From assembly GCA_051002375.1 (NCBI GenBank), contig JBPCMK010000103.1, forward strand, positions 1,756-65,755: 64,000 nucleotides of DNA, read 5' to 3'. Shown one piece after another: positions 44,797-53,487 of the stretch (the stretch's first letter is position 1; every line of letters starts with the position of its first letter). The notes under the pieces are model-generated. The model worked only from the letters and a program-made list of their open reading frames with translations. It did no database searches and had not been told where the DNA came from. The position numbers and the translations under genes are program-made. Origin of the DNA: Pyrinomonadaceae bacterium (lineage in GTDB: Bacteria > Acidobacteriota > Blastocatellia > Pyrinomonadales > Pyrinomonadaceae).

Positions 44797-46200
44797 TTAT
44801 TTTAATTCAATCGTTTCGCCATAGCTTGGAACGTGAACCGTCCAGCCGAATCGTTCGCGGATATGCTGCGCCATTGCTTGCGCCGCTTCCGGCTCGCCGT
44901 GTGTGGTGAAAAGCATTTTCGGGGCAACGTGAAGACCTTCGAGCCAGCGCAGAACGTCCTTCCAATCGGCGTGCGCGGAAAAACCTTCGATGCGCGTTAC
45001 GTGGCAGCGCACGGGAATCCATTCTTTGAAAATTCTGACTTCTTTTTCGCCATCCTCGATTCTTCTGCCCGTAGTTCCCGCCGCTTGATAACCGACGAAA
45101 ACGATTGTCGCGGATGGGTCGGGCAAAATCCTTACCGCGTGATGCAGAACGCGCCCGCCGGTCAGCATTCCCGATGCGGAAATAATAATGCGCGTTCCTT
45201 TTTCATCGTTTAATTTTTTCGATTCGTCGCGGCTCGAAGTCGTCATCATCGAACCCGTCCGCAAAGGATGCCGGTGATGCGCCAAAATCGAAGCGTATTC
45301 TTCGTCGTGTTCTTCGGCGAAACGATTATAAACCTGCGTCGCCTGCGCCGCCATCGGCGAATCAACGCGCACGGGCAAAACGGGAATGCGGTGTTTTTCT
45401 TCTAAATCCCGAATCAGATATAAAACTTCCTGCGTGCGTCCGATGGCAAACGCCGGAATCAAAACCGGAGCGTTGCGTTTCGCGGCTTCGTTGATGACAT
45501 CAGCCATCTGGTCTTCGCTCGAAACGTCGCCGTGCAGACGATTGCCGTAAGTTGATTCGACCATCAAATAATCGCAGTCCGAAGGAATCGAAGGGTCTTT
45601 CAAAATCGGCTGGTCGTAATGTCCTAAATCGCCGGAAAATAAAAATTTGATGCTCTCGCCGTTCGCTCGCGCGTTTTCCAATTCAACCAAAACGAGACTC
45701 GCGCCCAAGATATGTCCGGCGACGTTAAAGCTCGCTTTGAAACCCGCGCAGATTTCGACCGGAACGCCGTCGTTCGCTACGGGCGCGAGATGTTCGAGCG
45801 CGGCTCGCGCGTCGGCTTCGTCGTAAAGCGGAAGCGCGGGCGAATGTTTCGTCAAGTTTTTTCGATTGCGATAATCGGCTTCTTCTTCCTGAAGTCTGCC
45901 GGAATCGGGCAGAAGAATTTTCATCAAATCGCCGGTCGCCCGCGACGTGAAAACCTTTCCCGCAAAACCCAATTTGACGAGACGCGGCAGATAACCCGTG
46001 TGGTCAATGTGCGCGTGCGTAATAATCACAGTGTCAATGGTTTTCGGATCAAACGGCGGGTCTTGCCAGTTGCGCTCGCGCAATTCCTTTTCGCCTTGAA
46101 AAAGCCCGCAGTCAACCAAAACTTTTTTCCCGTTTGATTCGAGCAGATATTTTGAACCCGTAACCGAACCGACTCCGCCGTAAAATGAAATTGTCGCCAT
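44797..46200 (-). CDS. MBL-fold beta-CASP ribonuclease
   Basis: MATISFYGGVGSVTGSKYLL...VLVDCGLFQG...IITHAHIDHTGYLP plus beta-CASP region motifs and C-terminal GFSAHAD / THGE. ATG 46200 preferred. Confidence 0.85.
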   Translation of the reverse strand: MATISFYGGVGSVTGSKYLLESNGKKVLVDCGLFQGEKELRERNWQDPPFDPKTIDTVIITHAHIDHTGYLPRLVKLGFAGKVFTSRATGDLMKILLPDSGRLQEEEADYRNRKNLTKHSPALPLYDEADARAALEHLAPVANDGVPVEICAGFKASFNVAGHILGASLVLVELENARANGESIKFLFSGDLGHYDQPILKDPSIPSDCDYLMVESTYGNRLHGDVSSEDQMADVINEAAKRNAPVLIPAFAIGRTQEVLYLIRDLEEKHRIPVLPVRVDSPMAAQATQVYNRFAEEHDEEYASILAHHRHPLRTGSMMTTSSRDESKKLNDEKGTRIIISASGMLTGGRVLHHAVRILPDPSATIVFVGYQAAGTTGRRIEDGEKEVRIFKEWIPVRCHVTRIEGFSAHADWKDVLRWLEGLHVAPKMLFTTHGEPEAAQAMAQHIRERFGWTVHVPSYGETIELK

Positions 46201-46288
46201 TTGTTTCTCCCAAAGAAAATTTTCTGAATTCTCATCATAATACAACTGATTAGCCGAATAGAAATTTGTTCGTTAAAATTGTTACAGA

Positions 46289-47875
46289 ATGCCGAATCGA
46301 ATCAAGTTGATTTATTATTTTATTGTCGTAATTTTGATTGTTTCGACGGCTTGCCGCACCGCGCGTAAAACCGATTTGCGAAAACTCGCGCCGGGCGATG
46401 CAATCGCTTTTCTCGAAACCGACGATTTAAAAGAAACGCTCGAAGCAATCGCCGACAGCGCGGCGTTTCGTGAACTCGCGCCGGACGCGCCTGATTTTTC
46501 CGCCTTCAAAAACATCCAAATCGCTATTGTCATTAACGGTTTTGAATCGGACGAAAAACGAATCACAGACGAAAATTCCGTATTGAATTTCAAACCGCAA
46601 TTCGTCGCCGTCATCGAAACCCACGCTTGGAATTGGCAAACGCGCTCGCTCGTCGAGAATCAAATGGATAAATTCGTGAGAAAAATTTACGGCGGCGACG
46701 CGCGGCTGGAGACGAGCGATAAGGACGGCGGAAAATTTTACACTTGGACGGCGAGCGGCAATCGCAAAGCGTTTGCATTTGTCGAAGGCAGTTTGATTTA
46801 TTTCGGCAACGACGCGGCGGCTCTCGAAAAATGTCTGGCGGTCAAGCGCGGCGAAGCGAACAATTTATCAAATAGAGAGTCGTTCGCCGGCGCGGAAAAC
46901 AATCTGGCGTTCGGCTACGTTTCGCCCGACGGCGTAAAGCAAATTTCAAATCTCGCGGGCGTTTTCGTCGCGGCGGACGCGGCGGAAGAATCCGAAGAAA
47001 GAAATTTTATCGCGCGTGTTTTGCCGCAAATCGCGCAGAACTCGGCGCGGGAAATACTCTGGACGGCGAACAAAACGACGCGCGGCATCGAAGACGATTA
47101 CAAAATATCTTTGACTTCGGAAGCCGCTTCCGAAGTCAAAGATATTTTAGCGACAAACCCGGACGCACAGATTGCCGCCGCCGAATTTCTGCCGCCCGAT
47201 TTTTACTTGGCGACTCGCTACAATCTAAAAAATCCTTTGACCGCGTGGCGCGGAATGCTTTCGCTCGCGGCGAAAAATACGGACGTTTTGAGCGGCAAAA
47301 TTTTAATCCGATTTTCCGATTCGCTGCTCGAATCTTACGGCGCGGCGAGCGCGGAAAAATTTTTAGATGCGGCTGCTTCGCCGATTATAACCGCGCAGTT
47401 CGACGCGGACGGCACGCAAAGTGTTTCTATCGTTTCGGCGGCTGATGCGGACAAATTAAAAGATTCGATCACAAAAGAAATTAACTTTAAAGTGCCGTCC
47501 GAAAAACAATTCGACGCGGACGTTTGGTTTTCCGAAGACAAGCGACTCGCGGCGGCGTTCGCCGGAAATCATTTGATTTTGGGCGACGGAGAAAGCGTTT
47601 TAAAATGCTTGGAGGCAAAACAAAGCGGACGAAATTACACGAAAAATCCGACTTTTCAGAAATTTTTGCAAAACCATTCAACGAGTTTTACGTTTGGAAA
47701 AGATGCTGATTCGGCTGAAAAAATCGTTCGAGTTTTGGCGGCGAAGAAAGATGAAAACCGAAAACTCGCCACGTTTTATACGACTGAAACGCGCTTTGCG
47801 GAAAATAAAATCGAGCGCGTAACCGTTTCGGATTTCGGTTTGATTGGAACAATTTTAAAACAATTCACAAATTAA
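46289..47875 (+). CDS. hypothetical lipoprotein or membrane-anchored protein
   Basis: 528 aa. N-terminal LIYYFIVVILIVSTAC. No catalytic motif recognised. 1-nt gap to the XPB-like gene. Confidence 0.65.
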   Translation: MPNRIKLIYYFIVVILIVSTACRTARKTDLRKLAPGDAIAFLETDDLKETLEAIADSAAFRELAPDAPDFSAFKNIQIAIVINGFESDEKRITDENSVLNFKPQFVAVIETHAWNWQTRSLVENQMDKFVRKIYGGDARLETSDKDGGKFYTWTASGNRKAFAFVEGSLIYFGNDAAALEKCLAVKRGEANNLSNRESFAGAENNLAFGYVSPDGVKQISNLAGVFVAADAAEESEERNFIARVLPQIAQNSAREILWTANKTTRGIEDDYKISLTSEAASEVKDILATNPDAQIAAAEFLPPDFYLATRYNLKNPLTAWRGMLSLAAKNTDVLSGKILIRFSDSLLESYGAASAEKFLDAAASPIITAQFDADGTQSVSIVSAADADKLKDSITKEINFKVPSEKQFDADVWFSEDKRLAAAFAGNHLILGDGESVLKCLEAKQSGRNYTKNPTFQKFLQNHSTSFTFGKDADSAEKIVRVLAAKKDENRKLATFYTTETRFAENKIERVTVSDFGLIGTILKQFTN

Positions 47876-47876
47876 A

Positions 47877-49283
47877 ATGCCGGAAAATAATTACATTCTA
47901 AAATACGAATCAGGCACGCTCATTTTGGAAAACGCGAACGAGAGCGACGTTGTGCCGAAGGCTTTTGTGTGGGACAAGCGAACAAAACATTTTCGCGCTC
48001 CGGCGTATCTTTACCGCGAGATAATCAAAGAATTTATTCGCACAAAAACCGCTTATGAAGACGCGGCGAAACGATATGACTCGTTTGATTTCAAACCGAA
48101 ATTTCACGTCTCGCCGCGACCGTATCAAACTGAATCAATCGAGGCTTGGCGGCAAAATGAAAGGTGCGGCGTAATCGTTTTGCCGACCGGCGCGGGCAAA
48201 ACTCACGTTGCGACAATGGCGATTGAAATGTGCAACCGGCAAACGCTCGTCGTCGTGCCGACGCTCGATTTGATGAATCAATGGTATGACATTTTGGTTT
48301 CGACATTCGACGCGGAAATCGGTTTAATCGGCGGCGGATTTTATGAAATCGGCGCGATTACGGTTACGACTTATGCTTCGGCTTTTCGTCATCAGGAACG
48401 CTTGGGAAATCAATTCGGTTTGGTGATTTTCGACGAATGTCATCACCTTCCAAGCGAAGGTTATCGTTACGCGGCGGAGTTTGCGATTGCGCCGTTTCGT
48501 CTCGGACTGTCGGCAACGCCCGACAGAGCGGACGGCGACGAATCTTTGTTGGAAACGCTCGTCGGCAAATTTGTCTATCGGCTCGAAGCGCAGGAATTGG
48601 CGGGCGAATATCTCGCCGATTATACAGTCGAGCGAATTGAAGTTGATTTGACCGAAGCGGAAAAAATCGCATACCGGCGTGAGCGGCAGATTTATACCGA
48701 TTTCAAACGCAGCAAAAATTTACCATACGGACAGGAAGGCTGGCGAATGTTTATCATCAAGAGCGCACAGAGCGAAGAAGGGAGACGCGCGATGAAAGCC
48801 TACCGCGAATCGAAACGAATCGCGCTCGGCACAGATGCGAAACGCCGCGTTCTGCGTGATTTGCTCGTTCGCCACCGGCACGATAAAGTTCTGATTTTCA
48901 CGCACGAAAACGCGGCGGTTTATCAAATCTCGAACGATTATTTAATTCCCGCCATCACGCACGAAACGAATGTCAAAGAAAGAAAATTCTGGCTCGACGC
49001 ATTTAACAAAGGCGACGTTCTCGCTCTTTGCACGTCGAAAGTTTTGAACGAAGGCGTGAATATTCCCGACGCGAGCGTGGCGATAATTCTTTCCGGTTCA
49101 GGTTCGTCGCGCGAACATATTCAACGCTTGGGCAGAATTTTGCGAAAGAAGGAAGACAAGCAAGCCGTTTTATATGAAGTCGTCGCCAGAAACACGACCG
49201 AAGAATTTATCAGCCAAAGGCGAACTGACGCAAGACAGTTTCAAGATGCGAAAAAGCGAAAAGATAGAAGTTTATTTGATTAA
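47877..49283 (+). CDS. XPB/Ssl2-like SF2 DNA helicase
   Basis: PRPYQTESIEAW, Walker A VLPTGAGKTHVA, Walker B VIFDECHHLPS, SATP, and motif VI HIQRLGRILR. The N-terminal damage-recognition-like domain (YESGTLILEN) is typical of archaeal-type XPB. Confidence 0.85.
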   Translation: MPENNYILKYESGTLILENANESDVVPKAFVWDKRTKHFRAPAYLYREIIKEFIRTKTAYEDAAKRYDSFDFKPKFHVSPRPYQTESIEAWRQNERCGVIVLPTGAGKTHVATMAIEMCNRQTLVVVPTLDLMNQWYDILVSTFDAEIGLIGGGFYEIGAITVTTYASAFRHQERLGNQFGLVIFDECHHLPSEGYRYAAEFAIAPFRLGLSATPDRADGDESLLETLVGKFVYRLEAQELAGEYLADYTVERIEVDLTEAEKIAYRRERQIYTDFKRSKNLPYGQEGWRMFIIKSAQSEEGRRAMKAYRESKRIALGTDAKRRVLRDLLVRHRHDKVLIFTHENAAVYQISNDYLIPAITHETNVKERKFWLDAFNKGDVLALCTSKVLNEGVNIPDASVAIILSGSGSSREHIQRLGRILRKKEDKQAVLYEVVARNTTEEFISQRRTDARQFQDAKKRKDRSLFD

Positions 49284-50474
49284 AAGATTTTCCGCCGTTT
49301 CCTCTAAAACACGCGGTTCGAGTTTCGATTTGAAAAACACGACGTTTTCGTTTTCCCAGAGCGGCTCGTCGCGGCTGCCGCGAAGTTCCTGCCACGCGGC
49401 AAGAATAAATTTTTGGAAATTTGCCGCCTGAAATTCTTCTAATCTTTTTTGCAAACTCTTCGGTGTCCAAAATCCTAAAACGTCGAGATAAACTTTTTCG
49501 CCGTCGGGCGCGGCTAAAACAAAATCGGGAACGAAAGCCGTTTTGCCCAAATCAACGACTTCGCTGCTCGCTTCCAAATTCCAACTTGCGTCTGACTTTT
49601 CCCAATCTTTTTGCAGGCGTTCATAAATCGGGTTTTCATATTCCGGCTCGTCGAAATAGCACGAGACGAGTTCGATTTGACTGCTCGCCAGTTCATAAAA
49701 CGCAGCGTCTTTTTCCTTTTGAGAAATCTCCGCACGCATTCGCCAATCTTTGCAAAGCAGAAGCGCGGGCAGAAAAACCGACATCCGAATTCCGTATTTT
49801 TGCGATTGATAAAAAAGCGAAGCCGCGCCGGTTAATTTTATTTCGTATCCTTCGGCAGCGTTTCCTTTGATTGAATGAATCAGACGGAAACGCTTTATCG
49901 CGCCGAAAATCGCGCGGTAATTTGCCGCGTCCGACGGCGCAACTTGGATTGTCATCTCGACGCATTTGTAAAGCAAGGCTTGCGCCTGCGCGAGATTGTA
50001 TCGGTCGAGCAAATCGGCGGGAGCGAGCGGCTCGAAATAAATCAGCTTTTGCTCGGCGGACAAATCGGCGTAGAGATTTTCCGAAATGGTTTCGGTATCG
50101 GTTTGAAATTCTCCGGCGATTTTTTCTAAAACATCGTTTCTCGTTTTTGAATCGGGTAAGACCGGCTGAAAATTTTTCGCTTCGAGAAAAACTTTGCGGC
50201 GAATCTCGACCGGTTCGGCGACGCTCGCGGTTTCAAATTTACATCTGTCGGTCAAGAGTTTTATCAAGCCGCGCAAAATTCTGTAATCAGTTCCCGCGCC
50301 GACGTATTCTTCGAGTTCCGTTTCGAGTTCGCCGCGCTTTCGACTTTGAAATTCGTCGAAAATTTCAATCAAAACTTCAGCGTCGCGCAAGTAACCCGCG
50401 TCGTCGGTTTTGATGAGACGCGGGAAAATTTTATCGCCGCGCCGAAAATTTATTGAAAGGTCGGATGTCAGCAT
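49272..50474 (-). CDS. DUF790 / Bax1-like endonuclease
   Basis: 400 aa. N-terminus MLTSDLSINFRRGDKIFPRLI and the C-terminal nuclease block VPDFVLAAPDGEKVYLDVLGFWTPKSLQKRL match DUF790 (the XPB partner Bax1) as I remember it. Confidence 0.75.
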   Translation of the reverse strand: MLTSDLSINFRRGDKIFPRLIKTDDAGYLRDAEVLIEIFDEFQSRKRGELETELEEYVGAGTDYRILRGLIKLLTDRCKFETASVAEPVEIRRKVFLEAKNFQPVLPDSKTRNDVLEKIAGEFQTDTETISENLYADLSAEQKLIYFEPLAPADLLDRYNLAQAQALLYKCVEMTIQVAPSDAANYRAIFGAIKRFRLIHSIKGNAAEGYEIKLTGAASLFYQSQKYGIRMSVFLPALLLCKDWRMRAEISQKEKDAAFYELASSQIELVSCYFDEPEYENPIYERLQKDWEKSDASWNLEASSEVVDLGKTAFVPDFVLAAPDGEKVYLDVLGFWTPKSLQKRLEEFQAANFQKFILAAWQELRGSRDEPLWENENVVFFKSKLEPRVLEETAENLLIK

Positions 50475-50529
50475 AGTTATTTTTAAATTTAGTCCTGACT
50501 TAAAAATTCATTTATTCTAACCGGAAAAA

Positions 50530-50627
50530 CAATTATCAATTATTCATTTTCAATTTTAAATTATTTCGGAACGAATTTTTCTCTCTTCAAAATAATTGAA
50601 AATGAATAATGAATAATTGATAATTTG
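50530..50627. repeat. palindromic element built from AATTATC/GAATAAT heptamers (arms differ by one heptamer)
   Basis: The reverse complement of 50530-50555 is aattgaaaatgaataattgataattg. The right arm at 50594-50627 is aattgaaaatgaataatgaataattgataatttg. Confidence 0.85.
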
Positions 50628-50639
50628 CGAATAAAATTT

Positions 50640-51410
50640 TCAACTTCGATTTTTTCGCTTTGACGAATTTTGTCTTTTGCTTTTTAGTTTCAGAGACCGC
50701 GCGTTTTCTTCAATCCAATTTTCCGCTTCATTATAATACGCAAATTTTCGCTCGTCGCGCCTGAATTGCGGCGTGTGATTGTAGCGTCTGCCGTTGCGGT
50801 GCGTCGTCGGATGAAAGATGTGCAGCATCTCGTGAAAAACGACGTATTCGACGACGCACGACGGCACGGTTTTATCGTCCAGACTTTTGCTGATGACAAT
50901 CGTTTCGTGCGCCGCGTCGTGATGACCGAGTATGCGAAACGTGCGCCGCGCAGACCAAGTTAAAGTCGGTTTCAGAATCGAATCACGAAAATAATTTGCA
51001 TTCACACGCTCGAAAATTTCTTCCAGATTATAAACGTCGCCTTCGGAAGTCGTGATAATTTTGCGACCTTTCGCCCGCCGATTTTCTTTTGCCTTTGTTT
51101 GAACTTCGCGGCTTTTGATAAAGGCGCGATAAATTTCGTTCGCGGCGGACGAGACTTTTTTACGAAGAAGTTTCGCCGTCAAAATAAATGCCAACGCTCT
51201 CTGCGCTTCGGGCGGCGCGGCACGGCAAAGCTCGGCGAGACGAACGAAAACTTTTCCGCCGCGAATGCGGATCGTATTTTGGATTCCGATATACGGATAA
51301 AATTCGACCGCGATTTCCGGCATTTCGCGGTTTGCGTCTAAAGTTTGAAACGCTTCTTCGTAGAATTTTTTGATGAGCGTTAAGTCGGCAATCATAAAGT
51401 TGTTAATCAT
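50640..51410 (-). CDS. HExxH zinc-metallopeptidase-like protein (DUF45/SprT-like)
   Basis: VVFHEMLHIFHPTTHRNGRRYNHTPQFRRDERKF. Basic C-terminal tail. Divergent from hrcA. Confidence 0.65.
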   Translation of the reverse strand: MINNFMIADLTLIKKFYEEAFQTLDANREMPEIAVEFYPYIGIQNTIRIRGGKVFVRLAELCRAAPPEAQRALAFILTAKLLRKKVSSAANEIYRAFIKSREVQTKAKENRRAKGRKIITTSEGDVYNLEEIFERVNANYFRDSILKPTLTWSARRTFRILGHHDAAHETIVISKSLDDKTVPSCVVEYVVFHEMLHIFHPTTHRNGRRYNHTPQFRRDERKFAYYNEAENWIEENARSLKLKSKRQNSSKRKNRS

Positions 51411-51426
51411 AGTTTAACTATAAATG

Positions 51427-51456
51427 TTGACAGATGCTTGTCGAAAATGCTATTCG
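51427..51456 (+). promoter_or_regulatory. sigma70-like promoter candidate for hrcA-grpE-dnaK
   Basis: TTGACA (51427-51432), 18-nt spacer ending in TGc, then TATTCG (51451-51456). The -10 is weak. Confidence 0.35.
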
Positions 51457-51514
51457 TTTAATAGCTCAAGAATATCGCCTCCGAGCGATTTTCTTCAAAC
51501 TCGCCAGAGGAAAA

Positions 51515-52639
51515 ATGGCTGTCCCCGACCAAAGCAAGACAACCGAAAAAGATTCTTCTGCGCCAGACCGTCGCGGACGAGTAATTTTATCCGCTATCAT
51601 CAACGAACATCTCGTTACGGGCGAACCGATTGCCTCGAAAATAATCGCTGAAAAATTTGCTAACGCCGCCGGATTAAGTTCGGCAACGATTCGCAACGTG
51701 ATGAGCGATTTGGAAGATTTCGGACTCGTCGAGCAGCCGCACACATCGGCGGGTAGAGTTCCCACCGATAAAGGCTACCGATTTTTCGTTGATAATCTTT
51801 TGGGCGTTCTTCAGTTATCGAATGAAGATTTGAATTTGATAAATAAGGAACTCGGACTTAATGAACCGGATTTATCAAACGCGCCTGACAGATTGATGGA
51901 ACGCACTTCACAGCTTCTTTCTGCTCTTTCTCAAAACGTCGGCATCGTCGTTTCGCCTTCGCTGGCGAAAGATAGATTGCAGCATATCGAATTCGTCAAT
52001 CTTTCGGAAAAACGAATTCTCGTCGTGATGGTTTCTGCGCCGAATATCGTTCACAACAAAATTATTCGGCTCAACGAAACCTTCTCGAACGAGCAACTCG
52101 ACCGCACTTCAAATTATTTGAACGCGAAATTCGGCGGCAAAAGTTTGGCGGAGATTCGCGCGGAGATTTTGAAATTGATGCACGAAGAAACTTCTCTGTT
52201 CGACAAACTGCTGCAAATGGCGATGATTCTCTGCTCGCAAAGCATCGAAAGCGAAGCCGACAACTTAGGCGAAGTTTATGTGGACGGAACTTCAAACATT
52301 TTGACAAAGCGCGATTTCGCCGACCTCGAAAGACTGCGCGAGCTTATTCGCACGATTGAAGAAAAATCGCGGCTCGTGCAAATCTTGACCGAATGTATCG
52401 AGCGCGACCCGACGATCAAGGGAAATGTCCAGGTCATTATCGGAAGCGAAAATTCGGCTTCCTCTTTGAAAAACTGCACGCTTATCACCGCGCCATATCG
52501 CATCGGCGGCGGCGAGACGAGCGGAACTTTGAGCGTTCTCGGTCCGACCCGAATCGAATACGCCCGAATGATTTCCATCGTCAGCTACGTCGCCCGCATT
52601 CTCGAAAGAATGATGACGAAAGAATATCCGGCTCGCTAA
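51515..52639 (+). CDS. hrcA: heat-inducible transcription repressor HrcA
   Basis: RRGRVILSAIINEHLVTGEPIASKII...SSATIRNVMSDLEDFGLVEQPHTSAGRVPTDKGYRFFVD. ATG 51515 with AGAGGA SD. Confidence 0.92.
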   Translation: MAVPDQSKTTEKDSSAPDRRGRVILSAIINEHLVTGEPIASKIIAEKFANAAGLSSATIRNVMSDLEDFGLVEQPHTSAGRVPTDKGYRFFVDNLLGVLQLSNEDLNLINKELGLNEPDLSNAPDRLMERTSQLLSALSQNVGIVVSPSLAKDRLQHIEFVNLSEKRILVVMVSAPNIVHNKIIRLNETFSNEQLDRTSNYLNAKFGGKSLAEIRAEILKLMHEETSLFDKLLQMAMILCSQSIESEADNLGEVYVDGTSNILTKRDFADLERLRELIRTIEEKSRLVQILTECIERDPTIKGNVQVIIGSENSASSLKNCTLITAPYRIGGGETSGTLSVLGPTRIEYARMISIVSYVARILERMMTKEYPAR

Positions 52640-52647
52640 AATAAACG

Positions 52648-53415
52648 ATGAACTCAAAAACAAAATCCCAAAACTTAAAGGAAATTGAAATGGAAGACCA
52701 GCTTTCGATTGAAGAGTTTTTCAAACAACTCGAAGCGAAAGAAAGAGACCTCGATATTTCGTCCGACCTTGTAATCGAAATTGACGAATCGGATTTCGGC
52801 AACAAAGCCGTTCCCGATTTTATCAAAGCCGATTTGCCGTCGGTCGAAATCGAAACAACCGCCCAAGCCGCGTATTCTCCCAAAGAAAATGTGCCGACTC
52901 AGGTTGAAATCTACAATCTGCAAACGGAAGTTTCGAAACTTCAAAACCGAATTGTCCAAATGGAAACCGAGCGCGTCGAGATGTTTGAAAACGCGCGGCG
53001 GCGACATAACGATTTTGAAAATTACAAAAACCGCACCGAACGCGAGCGCGGCGAAACCTTCCGCGCACAAATCAGCAATCTGGCGACGCAGATGCTGCCG
53101 GTGGCGGACAATCTGAATCGCGCTCTGGATTTGTCAGAAAAAACTTCGGACGAACAGCCGCCGGAATTTCAACAATTTTACGAAGGCATCGTTTTAGTCA
53201 GCCAACAGCTAAACGAGATTTTGGCGGAAATGGGCGTTCAGCCGATAAACGCGGTCGGCGAAATATTCGACCCGCATTTCCACGAAGCATTTGCAACCGA
53301 ACAGCACGACGAATTTCCTCCGAACACCGTAACGGAAGAAGTTCTGCGCGGCTACCGAATCGGCGATAAAGTGATTCGCCCGTCAATGGTCAAAGTATCG
53401 AAGAGCGGAGAGTAG
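52648..53415 (+). CDS. grpE: nucleotide exchange factor GrpE
   Basis: DFENYKNRTERERGE...MLPVADNLNRAL...GEIFDPHFHEA...GYRIGDKVIRPSMVKV. The start could be the internal MEDQ. Confidence 0.9.
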   Translation: MNSKTKSQNLKEIEMEDQLSIEEFFKQLEAKERDLDISSDLVIEIDESDFGNKAVPDFIKADLPSVEIETTAQAAYSPKENVPTQVEIYNLQTEVSKLQNRIVQMETERVEMFENARRRHNDFENYKNRTERERGETFRAQISNLATQMLPVADNLNRALDLSEKTSDEQPPEFQQFYEGIVLVSQQLNEILAEMGVQPINAVGEIFDPHFHEAFATEQHDEFPPNTVTEEVLRGYRIGDKVIRPSMVKVSKSGE

Positions 53416-53477
53416 AGAGTCGAGAGTCGAACCCACCGATTCTTTTACTCTCCACTCTCTACTCTCCACTCTCGACT
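53403..53477. repeat. palindromic element built from GAGAGTN/ACTCTCN heptamers between grpE and dnaK
   Basis: Left ggagagtagagagt (53407-53420) pairs perfectly with part of the right arm actctccactctctactctccactctcgact (53447-53477). Overlaps the grpE stop. Confidence 0.85.
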
Positions 53478-53487
53478 AATTAAAATT

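Noticed and set aside
49421-50413. Several plus-strand ORFs (149 aa, 180 aa and others)
   Set aside because: Antisense to the DUF790/Bax1-like gene. The sequences are Arg-rich shadow frames.
51440-51514. CIRCE operator upstream of hrcA
   Set aside because: There is only a weak aatagctc-N15-gagcgatt inverted repeat. The spacing and sequence do not match TTAGCACTC-N9-GAGTGCTAA.
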